61,198 nt of DNA from assembly GCA_043775355.1 (NCBI GenBank), contig JAYVSL010000172.1:1-61198 (forward strand). Direction: 5' to 3'. Below the pieces are notes generated by a model that worked only from the letters and a program-made list of their open reading frames with translations, ran no database searches and was not told the DNA's origin. Positions 25,304 to 33,589 of the stretch are shown piece after piece. The stretch is from Planctomycetota bacterium. GTDB lineage: Bacteria > Planctomycetota > UBA11346. How positions within the stretch are numbered: the stretch's first letter is position 1; every line of letters begins with the position of its first letter. The translations under genes were made by a program, and so were the position numbers.

Positions 25304-26107
25304 TTAATTTTTATTCAGGCTCTTTGCGACTACCTCAAGCAGCGAAGTCGTTGTGAATGGTTTGGCCAAACGGGAAAACGACAACACGTCAGACTTGCAC
25401 TGCGTCAGATCGCCAGACATCACGATCAATGCGCTTTGCTGCGCCACTGACAGGTGCGAAAGTTGTTCGATGAAATGCTCGCCACTCATGGCGGGCATCA
25501 GCCAATCCACCAGGATCACGTCTGGGCAGGTGCGTTGTACGGCAGCTATCCCTTCGAGACCGCTGGAACATGCTTCGACCTCGGCTCCGGCTTCCTGCAA
25601 CATGACCACGATGATGTCGCGCAGCATCTCATTATCATCGATCACGAGGATGCGGCGCTGCTTCAAAGACTGCGCCAACTCGGGCACGGGCAGGCCTGAC
25701 TGCAGGTGCGGTACCTGGATTTCCTCCCGGTGAGCGAGGGGCAGACGAATGCGGAAAGTCGCGCCATGCCCGAGCATGCTTTCGACCTGGATAGTTCCGT
25801 GATGACGATGGATGCACGATTCGCACGTTGCCAGGCCAAGCCCCGTCCCTGCGATGTCCGGCTGACCACGCGTTGCACTCGCATAGACGCCCTTGGTCGA
25901 AAAGAAGGGATTGAAAATCTTCGGCAGGTCCTCGGGGTGGATGCCGCGACCGGTATCAGCAATGACGATCTCGACGTGATCCAGTTGGCTTGTGGCATTG
26001 AAGAGAACGCTGCGGACGGATACATAAAGGATGGCGTTGAAAAAATCTAAATGATGTGGGCACATGACCACGCTCCGTGGCCCCGGATGGCGTGGATTCG
26101 ACAGCAA
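25304..26107 (-). CDS. truncated hybrid histidine kinase: HATPase_c plus receiver only (probable gene remnant)
   Basis: ADTGRGIHPEDLPKIFNPFFSTKG...GTGLGLATCESCIHRHHGTIQVES (G1/F/G2 boxes) followed by REC (RILVIDDNEMLRD...VILVDWLMPAMSG). There is no HisKA/H-box or sensor, and no continuing frame upstream. Confidence 0.65.
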   Translation of the reverse strand: MLSNPRHPGPRSVVMCPHHLDFFNAILYVSVRSVLFNATSQLDHVEIVIADTGRGIHPEDLPKIFNPFFSTKGVYASATRGQPDIAGTGLGLATCESCIHRHHGTIQVESMLGHGATFRIRLPLAHREEIQVPHLQSGLPVPELAQSLKQRRILVIDDNEMLRDIIVVMLQEAGAEVEACSSGLEGIAAVQRTCPDVILVDWLMPAMSGEHFIEQLSHLSVAQQSALIVMSGDLTQCKSDVLSFSRLAKPFTTTSLLEVVAKSLNKN

Positions 26108-26415
26108 GGGGCCACGACAGCGTGTGCCTTCATCACCGTTTCCACGGCATCAAATCACCGAAGTCACGAAAAAATGCCGTCTACCAACCGCCCGAATGGC
26201 CGGTTGTCCGGCTATGTCCAACTCACCTCATGCCGAGGGTTTTTTCAGGAAAATCATAACCGGCTGGCCTGATTTTACTCCGCTGCGACTGATCCGAACG
26301 TGGCCTGATTTTACACCGCTACTTACAAGCTCAAAATGAACCTGAATTGCTTAGCGTCCCCGCTCAATTAATCGGTCATCTAGGCCTGCAATAATGTCCT
26401 GATCTGGTCGTGACA

Positions 26416-27189
26416 TTATTCGTCTTTCGGCGCGTACGGCAGTAATAACACCACGCGGCTATTGCCAATATGGGCGGGATTATCCATCGACGGAATGAAA
26501 TCGGCGCGACTGGTCACCTGACGGCACAAACCGGAGCTATAGCCGGCGTCTATAAGACCATCGTAAATTCCCTGCGCACGGCTCAGGCCAAGGTCCATCT
26601 TACGCGGTGCACCCACTTGTGAGGGACCTTTATCGATGTGACCAGTAATCACCAAAGCGCGACGCACGGTTGACAAAACATCCACTAACGACCGCAACAT
26701 GGCGGTGCCAGCTTCTGTGCGAACCGCGCTGCCAGGCATAAAGAAAACACCGCGTTGATCCTCAATCAAATCAATACGCAAGCCGCGTTCACTCAAAGCA
26801 ATTTTGACATTGCCACTGTGTTCCTTGAATGCTGGATCTGTGCGCCGACGTTCTTCCAACAGTAACTGCAGCGTACGTGCCCATTGGAAATCAATGTACT
26901 TCACCGTGAGGTCGTTTTCTTCTGCCTCTTCAGGCTGGGGCGGCGGCTTTCCATCCATCTGCAGCACATTCCGACTCGCAGCGAAATTTACTTTAAACGC
27001 ACCTGGGTTATTGAAGTAAGCGGCAATACCTTGCTTGGTATTCACGTCCAAGCCAATAATCCACATCACCAAAAAGAACGCCATCATCGCGGTCACCAGA
27101 TCCGCGTAAGCCAGCTTCCACGCGCCGCCATGATGACCATGTGCGTGTTTTTTCTTGCGAATAATGATGGGCGGTTGTGCGTCAGCCAT
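26416..27189 (-). CDS. motB: flagellar-type stator protein MotB
   Basis: GGAWKLAYADLVTAMMAFFLVMWIIG (plug/TM with the conserved proton-binding Asp). C-terminal OmpA-like block ITGHIDKGP...LGLSRAQGIYDGLIDAGY...NSRVVLLL. Confidence 0.88.
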   Translation of the reverse strand: MADAQPPIIIRKKKHAHGHHGGAWKLAYADLVTAMMAFFLVMWIIGLDVNTKQGIAAYFNNPGAFKVNFAASRNVLQMDGKPPPQPEEAEENDLTVKYIDFQWARTLQLLLEERRRTDPAFKEHSGNVKIALSERGLRIDLIEDQRGVFFMPGSAVRTEAGTAMLRSLVDVLSTVRRALVITGHIDKGPSQVGAPRKMDLGLSRAQGIYDGLIDAGYSSGLCRQVTSRADFIPSMDNPAHIGNSRVVLLLPYAPKDE

Positions 27190-27320
27190 GTCTTATCGCT
27201 CAGAAAGAAAAATGCCGCCATCGGCGAGCCCATAAAACCTAACGTCATCACGTTGATCAACGATGAACGAATAAGGCGAATTCCGCGCTCGTGATTCTTT
27301 AAGCTCTGGTTGTTGACGGT

Positions 27321-28184
27321 TCATTTCTTACCTCGCTCTTTAATCGCCTTATCCATTTCTGAGAACGTTGGGCGAACCGACGGATCAATATTCCGGCGAG
27401 CAAATTCGAGACTGCTTGATGGAGGATCACCACGTGCCCCACGCGCAATCGCGTGACGAATACAGGTCAAATACATGCCTTCCATGCGAATGCGTTGACT
27501 CAAACCCTTGACCAACGGCGACATCATCACGTAAGCAATCAACACGCCAAGAAAGGTTCCGACCAGGGCGTTACCAATAGCAGCACCGATTTCCGATGCC
27601 TCACCACCGATATGACCCATGGTGATAATAACGCCAAGCACGCAGGCAACGATGCCGATGGCCGGCATGCCGTCAGCGCTAACTTGGAGCGCATCAGGAA
27701 CTTGGTTTTCCTCAGCATGAACGGCATCCAAATCCTGCTCCATCATATCGGCGAGGTCATGTGGCTGAACACCACCGGTAACCAGAATTTTCATGGTATC
27801 ACAGAAAAACTCGACAGCGTGATGGTTGGCCATGAAGCTTTTATTTGCTGACAAAATGGTGCTTTTTTCTGGGTCTTCGATATGGCTTTCAATCGCCAGC
27901 AGACCATCGGTGCGCGCCAAGCTGAAAAGCTTGTAGATCATGATTAAGAGATCTTCGTATTCCTGCTTACCAAATTTTGCCGGTTTCATCAAATGCATAA
28001 TTTGAGCGATCGTTTGTTTCGTTAGCGCCATGCCATTCGAGCCAAGATACATACCAATACCAGCACCGATGATGACGATGTATTCCGTCCACGCGACGAC
28101 AAACACCATCATGCTGCCACCGTGCAATAGGTAGCCAGCAAAGGTACAAGCGAGTCCAAAAGCGATGCCGAAGAAAGTGAACAT
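27321..28184 (-). CDS. motA: flagellar-type stator protein MotA
   Basis: 287 aa, collinear with E. coli MotA. The Arg90/Glu98 equivalents are conserved (SLARTDGLLAIESHIEDPEKS), as are the Pro173 (DGMPAIGIV) and Pro222 (MSPLV) equivalents, and there are 4 TM helices. Confidence 0.93.
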   Translation of the reverse strand: MFTFFGIAFGLACTFAGYLLHGGSMMVFVVAWTEYIVIIGAGIGMYLGSNGMALTKQTIAQIMHLMKPAKFGKQEYEDLLIMIYKLFSLARTDGLLAIESHIEDPEKSTILSANKSFMANHHAVEFFCDTMKILVTGGVQPHDLADMMEQDLDAVHAEENQVPDALQVSADGMPAIGIVACVLGVIITMGHIGGEASEIGAAIGNALVGTFLGVLIAYVMMSPLVKGLSQRIRMEGMYLTCIRHAIARGARGDPPSSSLEFARRNIDPSVRPTFSEMDKAIKERGKK

Positions 28185-28303
28185 AGTTTAGGTCAAGGGG
28201 TGACGTGGAATCATACCACGGAAATAGCGAGTCGCAGGAACGAAGTTCTCTGTTCTCCGTAACGAAAAACGTAGCGTCCATGTGTTGCGAATAATCATTC
28301 CAT

Positions 28304-28675
28304 TCATCTCCGTTCGTCCAAAAAGTGTGCTGGCTGATGCTCAGTCACTGGCAAATAAGCACGCATGGCCATGTCCCCACGTTCTTCTTGTGCGCCCATT
28401 TCAATTTGGAGTTGGCGGTAGCGTGTCAGCTCTGCAGCACTGCTCGCTAAAAGCCTGGCCGTGCAGCGAGCCGTTTCGAGCAGCTGTTCACGAGCGTGTT
28501 TTTCCAGACCACTCAGCGCATCCGCTGTCGGCAATGACGCTAAAAGCTGGGACACTTCTTGAGAGAGACTTTCCGCACGCTCAAAATCGACGGTTTGCTC
28601 TTTAAAAAGCGCGGCCTGCTGACGAAGTAAATTCTGCACAGCTTCATGAAGCTCAATAATGTCGCTGATGTTCAT
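28304..28675 (-). CDS. small cytoplasmic all-helical protein (FlgN-like layout, unverified)
   Basis: 123 aa with no signal peptide and a heptad-like Leu/Gln/Glu pattern. Its start overlaps the upstream stop by 4 nt. Confidence 0.55.
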   Translation of the reverse strand: MNISDIIELHEAVQNLLRQQAALFKEQTVDFERAESLSQEVSQLLASLPTADALSGLEKHAREQLLETARCTARLLASSAAELTRYRQLQIEMGAQEERGDMAMRAYLPVTEHQPAHFLDERR

Positions 28676-29475
28676 GGGCCCACCGCTCCAGCGATATTCA
28701 GCCCCGCGAGTAAGCCGCGAGCAGCCCCAACCAATTCGCTGGTGGCATGATCTTGCGCCAAACGCTCGACCGCCGTGGTCGCTTCCGCTAAAAATTTCAT
28801 ACGTGCTTCGCCGGTCGCTTGGCGCGCTTTTTCAATTAAGAACCATGCTTTTAAATATCGGTAGCGCACTGGCTCACCATCACCGAGCTCGGCCACTTCC
28901 ACCAGCTCAAGTGCTGCAAATCCAGCCGCCACATCAGCGGCCGTCGGAGTCATCACAGCAGCAAGGTCATGGTAACATTCGGCAATGCGTAGTTGGTTGG
29001 TCGCAGCGAGAGACGAGCGTTGCAACGCTTGCGCCGCAGGTCGCGCGGCATCGAGCGTGTCGCGATGGTGCCCGATGACGCGTTCATCGTAGGTTTCCAG
29101 TGCACGTCGGAGATCGAGATGTGCTTGATCACGTTCTCGCAGTGGTTCGCCCAAAGCGGGATTGCTCGGTGGGCTGGTAGCTGGACGTAAATTCTGCCGC
29201 TGATCTAAAAGCTCCCGAATACGTTGGTCGCGTTCACGGACCAACGATTCCAAACGACGCTGCAGACGATCAGCGGCCGTCAACGTCGCTGGGTTTTCAA
29301 CCGTCGGCACCAACGGTTGAACACGCGGCGCCGGATCAAGTGGCGGCGAGACTTCGACGGTGAAAACGACTGACGTAACCATGAGCAGAATAAACGCGCG
29401 CACACGCCTCATTCGCGGCCCAGTAACTTCGCAGGCAGAAAAAATAAACGCGCAAACGGTGGCAATCATTTTCAC
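28672..29475 (-). CDS. secreted or membrane-anchored coiled-coil protein
   Basis: 267 aa. N-terminal hydrophobic segment (RAFILLMVTSVVFTV), a Pro-rich linker, then charged helical repeats (RLESLVRERDQRIRELLDQRQ). It is translationally coupled on both sides. Confidence 0.6.
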   Translation of the reverse strand: MKMIATVCAFIFSACEVTGPRMRRVRAFILLMVTSVVFTVEVSPPLDPAPRVQPLVPTVENPATLTAADRLQRRLESLVRERDQRIRELLDQRQNLRPATSPPSNPALGEPLRERDQAHLDLRRALETYDERVIGHHRDTLDAARPAAQALQRSSLAATNQLRIAECYHDLAAVMTPTAADVAAGFAALELVEVAELGDGEPVRYRYLKAWFLIEKARQATGEARMKFLAEATTAVERLAQDHATSELVGAARGLLAGLNIAGAVGP

Positions 29476-31457
29476 TTTGCCTCCCCATTGAATGCTTTAA
29501 TCGCTTCGCGTAAGCGGCCCTGGTCACGCAAATGACTGCCCAGTAGATTCGCTGCATAATCACGGTCGCGCAGCGAAAGTCCTGGGTCTTCCAAAAGCTC
29601 TCGTAGCGTGGTTTCACCAAGATCATTTTCGCCGCCAAGGATAGCGGCACGTGCTAATCCGAGTCGTGCGGCATGGAGTAAATCTTTCGGTGGACGTTCA
29701 GCGATGGTGCGTTCGTAATGATGAACCGCATCGGCGGCAGCGGCAGAGCGCACGCGACGATCGCGTTGGGCGCGGCGATAATCAGCTTGAGCAATATAGA
29801 ACAATGCTTTGGCTCGAACTGGGCCACTATAACCACCTAAGCGCCCTTCCAGCTCCCCCAACAATTGATCGAGCTGTAATTGCCCAGGTCGTTGATCGGC
29901 AACCGCATCGCTCTTTAGCAAATCCCATAACGCATTGACGGTATCGTCATCACGTTGCAGTTCCGCATAACAGCGGGCAATGTTAATCAGCAGTTCCGCA
30001 TCCAACGGTGACTCGGTAAAATCTTGACGTGCACGAAGAAATGCGAACAGCGCATGCACATGTTTGGGTGGCGTGGCTGCCAGGTGACATTGACCAATGC
30101 GATACGCTGAGGTGGCATAGATAATGGAATTTGCGTCGCCATCGGTCTTGCCATTTTTCCATCGGCGCTGCAGCTCAACGTAAGCTGGCAGCGCTTCAGC
30201 GCTACGATTTTCATGAAAGGCGCATTCTGCCAGGCGGAAAGAAAGAATGTCGTTCGCGCGTCCGCCAGACGCCGTCACCACCAGTTTCAGTTGCGTTTCT
30301 GCTTCGCGCCATCGAGCCGCTTCAAACAGCAAATCACCGAGGTTGAGGCGCGCCACGTGGACGCGCGCAGCGGCAGCAGGAACTTTAGTAAATTCTTCTA
30401 ATAAATTCTGCAACGTGTCGATCGCCGCATCGAGTGCGATCGCATCGTTCTTTGCCAATCCTTGTCGCCGTGCCGCTTCGGCTGCAGCCAGATAGATGTC
30501 TGGCAGATCTGGGTCGCCGACTTCGGCGCGTGAAATATAATTGAGGAAAACACCACGGGCATCCTGGAATTGATCGAGCGCCATCATGGCTTCGCCGACG
30601 CCACGAATGGCACGTCGTACCCACACTTGTACCGCCGCATCCGTGTCGCTGGCGTAGGCATCGGCCAAGCTGCTGAATTGCTTCATCGCCTCCAGCGGAT
30701 GACGAGCGGCGGCTTCGTTTGAGCCCAACAACCACAGCGCCTCGGCTCCTGCGGCATTATGGTTTTTACTGGCGGCATGGTGAAGCGCTCGACCAGCGAG
30801 ATCTTCTAATAGTTCACGATCGCGCGGTTGCAGCGCGCTGTCGAACACCACCAATAAACCATCTTTACCGCCGTCTTCGCGCCAAGCTAAACCAATCTGG
30901 CCAAGCAATCGATCGAGTGCTTCCGCCCACGGTACGTCTTTTAAATGCAGACTTACGGCGCGGCGAGTGGCGACGACTCCGGTATCGTCAATGGAGTGTC
31001 CCAACAACAGTGCCAATTCACGGTAAACCACTTCGGCAGCTTCGCGTTCGATGTTGGCACTCACCAGTGATTCGCCGCCAGCAGTAACTTGAATTGACAA
31101 CTTTTCTTCACCAAAACGAACGGAAAAACGACGGTTTGCTTCGCCTGCATGCGTGCCAACTTCCAACCCATGGTTGGGTCGAACGGCCGTCGGAGCCGTG
31201 GTTGTGTCATTGGTCGCCAGCGCCACACGCACGCGTTCAACAGCTCGGCGCAGCGCGCCGATATCGTCAATCAACGTTCCTTCACCAGGAGCTGGATTTT
31301 CGTTCGCTATTTTTTCAACGACTGCCGCTTTTTGCCCCAACTGCAGTGGCCGTGGTTGTGGCGGCAATGGCGGCGATGGCGGCGATGGCGGCGGGGTCTC
31401 AGCCGCCTGCATGAGCGAAAACAACGTGAACAACGGAACGATCACGGAAATACGCAT
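29472..31457 (-). CDS. periplasmic TPR-repeat protein with N-terminal STN/secretin-N0-like module
   Basis: Signal peptide MRISVIVPLFTLFSLMQAA plus a PSPPSPPLPPQP linker. The module ...VSLHLKDVPWAEALDRLLGQIGLAWREDGGKDGLLVVF resembles STN/PilQ-N0. More than 400 aa of Ala/Leu/Tyr TPR-like helices follow. Confidence 0.7.
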   Translation of the reverse strand: MRISVIVPLFTLFSLMQAAETPPPSPPSPPLPPQPRPLQLGQKAAVVEKIANENPAPGEGTLIDDIGALRRAVERVRVALATNDTTTAPTAVRPNHGLEVGTHAGEANRRFSVRFGEEKLSIQVTAGGESLVSANIEREAAEVVYRELALLLGHSIDDTGVVATRRAVSLHLKDVPWAEALDRLLGQIGLAWREDGGKDGLLVVFDSALQPRDRELLEDLAGRALHHAASKNHNAAGAEALWLLGSNEAAARHPLEAMKQFSSLADAYASDTDAAVQVWVRRAIRGVGEAMMALDQFQDARGVFLNYISRAEVGDPDLPDIYLAAAEAARRQGLAKNDAIALDAAIDTLQNLLEEFTKVPAAAARVHVARLNLGDLLFEAARWREAETQLKLVVTASGGRANDILSFRLAECAFHENRSAEALPAYVELQRRWKNGKTDGDANSIIYATSAYRIGQCHLAATPPKHVHALFAFLRARQDFTESPLDAELLINIARCYAELQRDDDTVNALWDLLKSDAVADQRPGQLQLDQLLGELEGRLGGYSGPVRAKALFYIAQADYRRAQRDRRVRSAAAADAVHHYERTIAERPPKDLLHAARLGLARAAILGGENDLGETTLRELLEDPGLSLRDRDYAANLLGSHLRDQGRLREAIKAFNGEAK

Positions 31458-31459
31458 GT

Positions 31460-33589
31460 TTAATGACCTCCGTGAGCGTCATGCGTCGCGGCTGACGCGG
31501 CGGGCTTGTGATCGTCATGACTTGCCGGAGCCGCATGACTATCAGCGGCCTCATGGCCGTTGGCTGCTGCATGTTTGCTGGCGGTTGCTCGTTCGTGACC
31601 TTGCTGTGACGCCGTGCCCAACATACGCCCCAAGGTCAGATACGCATCTTGAACGGCTTGCTGATTGCGCACCACTTCATCACCAGGACGCGTAAGTCCG
31701 TTGCGATCACGCGGGGCCAGATAACTGTCTTCGTTCGCCAGCAAACGATACACCTGCCGAGTAGCAGCGGGCATGTCACCTAATTCGGTGAGACATACCG
31801 CGTAATCGAGAAAAATTCGCGGATCATCAAATAGACCATGACCAGTTTCTGCCAAAGTAGCAAATTCATCCGCCGCTTGATGAAAAGCACCTTTCGCTCT
31901 GAAATGGCGCCCTAATGCCAAAGCAATTTCCGCTTCGTGTCCGGGATACCGAGCTTTCAGTCGCCCCATAAACAGGACGCCCTTGGCCACCTCCGTCGCA
32001 TCCTGCGCCGCCAACTGCGCGACCGCAGCTTTATAATCATTAGCGAAACTATTGCTGGGCGTCAGTGCCGCTTCGCGCTGAGTCTTCAGCTCACTAGACA
32101 AACCGTTAATGGCGTTCACCACCATGCCCAGCGTGGTGGCACAGATAGCGAGAAATAATACGGCGGCGACTAACAGCCAACGAGCACCTTTTAATTCCGC
32201 CGGAGCCATCACTGGCACGCCCAGCGTTATGGTAGGGCCACCTCTGGTTGCCGCAGAATTACCGCTGATTAAACCGCTCGCTGGCATGGCATCCATGGTC
32301 GCTTTGGCATTACCAGCCTGTTCCAATAATTTATCGATTTCGCCTTCGTGTTTCGCCAGCGCGTCGCTAATTTTTTGAGTATTGGGTGCGCCAGTGGCAT
32401 TGGCGAGTTGCTTAACCAGCGCATCGATATCGCCCTGATCAATCATCGGCGCTTCGCCATGCTCACTGATCACACCAACCTGACGATCAACCAGCGCATC
32501 TAAATCATCCGCACTCAATGCCAACGTCGGCCCAGGCCCTGACGGCATCACCTCCATCATGGGAGCAATGATGGTCGCCGCACTCGCGTTTGACGTTGTC
32601 GTGCCTGGTTTTTGTGATTGCGCCGCTACTGCCACGGCTGTCGTTGGTACGCTTGGAACCGCACTCGCGGTTTGTTTTGACGTGCCTGGCTTGGCGGTGG
32701 TTTTAGCTCCTAAATCTGCCAACAATTTATCGATGTCATCCTGACCGAGCGGACCACTCTGATTATCGTCTGGATTCGCTTGTGCCTTCGCATTGGCCGC
32801 TTCCTGAACCGAATCCAACATCTCTGTAATCGATTCGCGTTTCTTACGCTTGGTCGATCCCATCGCTGGCGCAGGGCTCGGCGTCGTTTGATTCAGCAAG
32901 GCGTCTATCGCATCTTGATCGAGCGCTTTTCCAGGCGCTGACGCGGCCGCTTTGTTCGCCGTTGGAGCAGGCGACTGCACCTGATTGATCAACGCATCAA
33001 TGTCATCTTGTCCCAGCGAGCCAGAAGACGATGCCGCCGCCTTCGGCGCTGCGGCAACCGCTTTGGACACTGGCGCACTGGCCTGTACCTGATTGATCAG
33101 CGCATCAATATCATCTTGTCCCAGCGAGCCAGAAGACGATGCCGCCGCCTTCGGCGCTGCGGCAACCGCTTTGGCCACTGGCGCACTGGCCTGCACCTGA
33201 TTGATCAGCGCATCGATTTCATCTTGCCCCATGGCACCGGAGGCCGCAGCCACGGGCGCAGGTTTCGGCGCTGCGGCAACCGCTTTGGCCACTGGCGCAC
33301 TGGCCTGTACCTGATTGATCAGCGCATCGATTTCATCTTGCCCCATGGCGCCAGAGGGCGCTGCCACCGGTTTGGCCACCACTGGAACCGCCTGAGTGGT
33401 TGGTGCACTCGCCTGCGTTAGGTTAATCAGTGCATCAATATCGTCTTGTCCCAACGCTCCCTGAGGCCCTGCTGGCGCCTTCACCGGTGTGGTGCCTTGC
33501 GACGGCGCAGGCGACGGAGCCGCCCCCGAAGCCTGATTGATCAGCGCGTCGATGTCATCTTGCGACATGGAGTTAGGATCGTTTGCCAT
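31460..33589 (-). CDS. single-pass membrane protein: cytoplasmic array of about 10 FliM-type EIDAL (CheY-binding-like) peptides, one TM helix, periplasmic TPR-like domain, His-rich tail
   Basis: The motif xQD[DE]IDALI/LN occurs at residues 9, 47, 83, 121, 157, 193, 224 and 282, with degenerate copies at 359, 384 and 415. The TM helix is WLLVAAVLFLAICATTLGMVV (about residues 470-492) after KGAR. The stop lies 2 nt from the next start. Confidence 0.8.
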   Translation of the reverse strand: MANDPNSMSQDDIDALINQASGAAPSPAPSQGTTPVKAPAGPQGALGQDDIDALINLTQASAPTTQAVPVVAKPVAAPSGAMGQDEIDALINQVQASAPVAKAVAAAPKPAPVAAASGAMGQDEIDALINQVQASAPVAKAVAAAPKAAASSSGSLGQDDIDALINQVQASAPVSKAVAAAPKAAASSSGSLGQDDIDALINQVQSPAPTANKAAASAPGKALDQDAIDALLNQTTPSPAPAMGSTKRKKRESITEMLDSVQEAANAKAQANPDDNQSGPLGQDDIDKLLADLGAKTTAKPGTSKQTASAVPSVPTTAVAVAAQSQKPGTTTSNASAATIIAPMMEVMPSGPGPTLALSADDLDALVDRQVGVISEHGEAPMIDQGDIDALVKQLANATGAPNTQKISDALAKHEGEIDKLLEQAGNAKATMDAMPASGLISGNSAATRGGPTITLGVPVMAPAELKGARWLLVAAVLFLAICATTLGMVVNAINGLSSELKTQREAALTPSNSFANDYKAAVAQLAAQDATEVAKGVLFMGRLKARYPGHEAEIALALGRHFRAKGAFHQAADEFATLAETGHGLFDDPRIFLDYAVCLTELGDMPAATRQVYRLLANEDSYLAPRDRNGLTRPGDEVVRNQQAVQDAYLTLGRMLGTASQQGHERATASKHAAANGHEAADSHAAPASHDDHKPAASAATHDAHGGH
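33003..33446. repeat. in-frame tandem repeats of 108/108/114/108 bp inside the EIDAL-array gene
   Basis: Units start at 33003, 33111, 33219 and 33333 (TCATCTTG...). Units 1 and 2 differ at only about 4 of 108 positions. Confidence 0.9.

Noticed and set aside
26416-28184. MotA/MotB pair as a Zorya (ZorA/ZorB) anti-phage module
   Set aside because: MotA is 287 aa and collinear with flagellar MotA, including the FliG-interacting residues. It lacks the long coiled-coil tail of ZorA. No ZorC/ZorD-like (helicase/nuclease) genes are adjacent.
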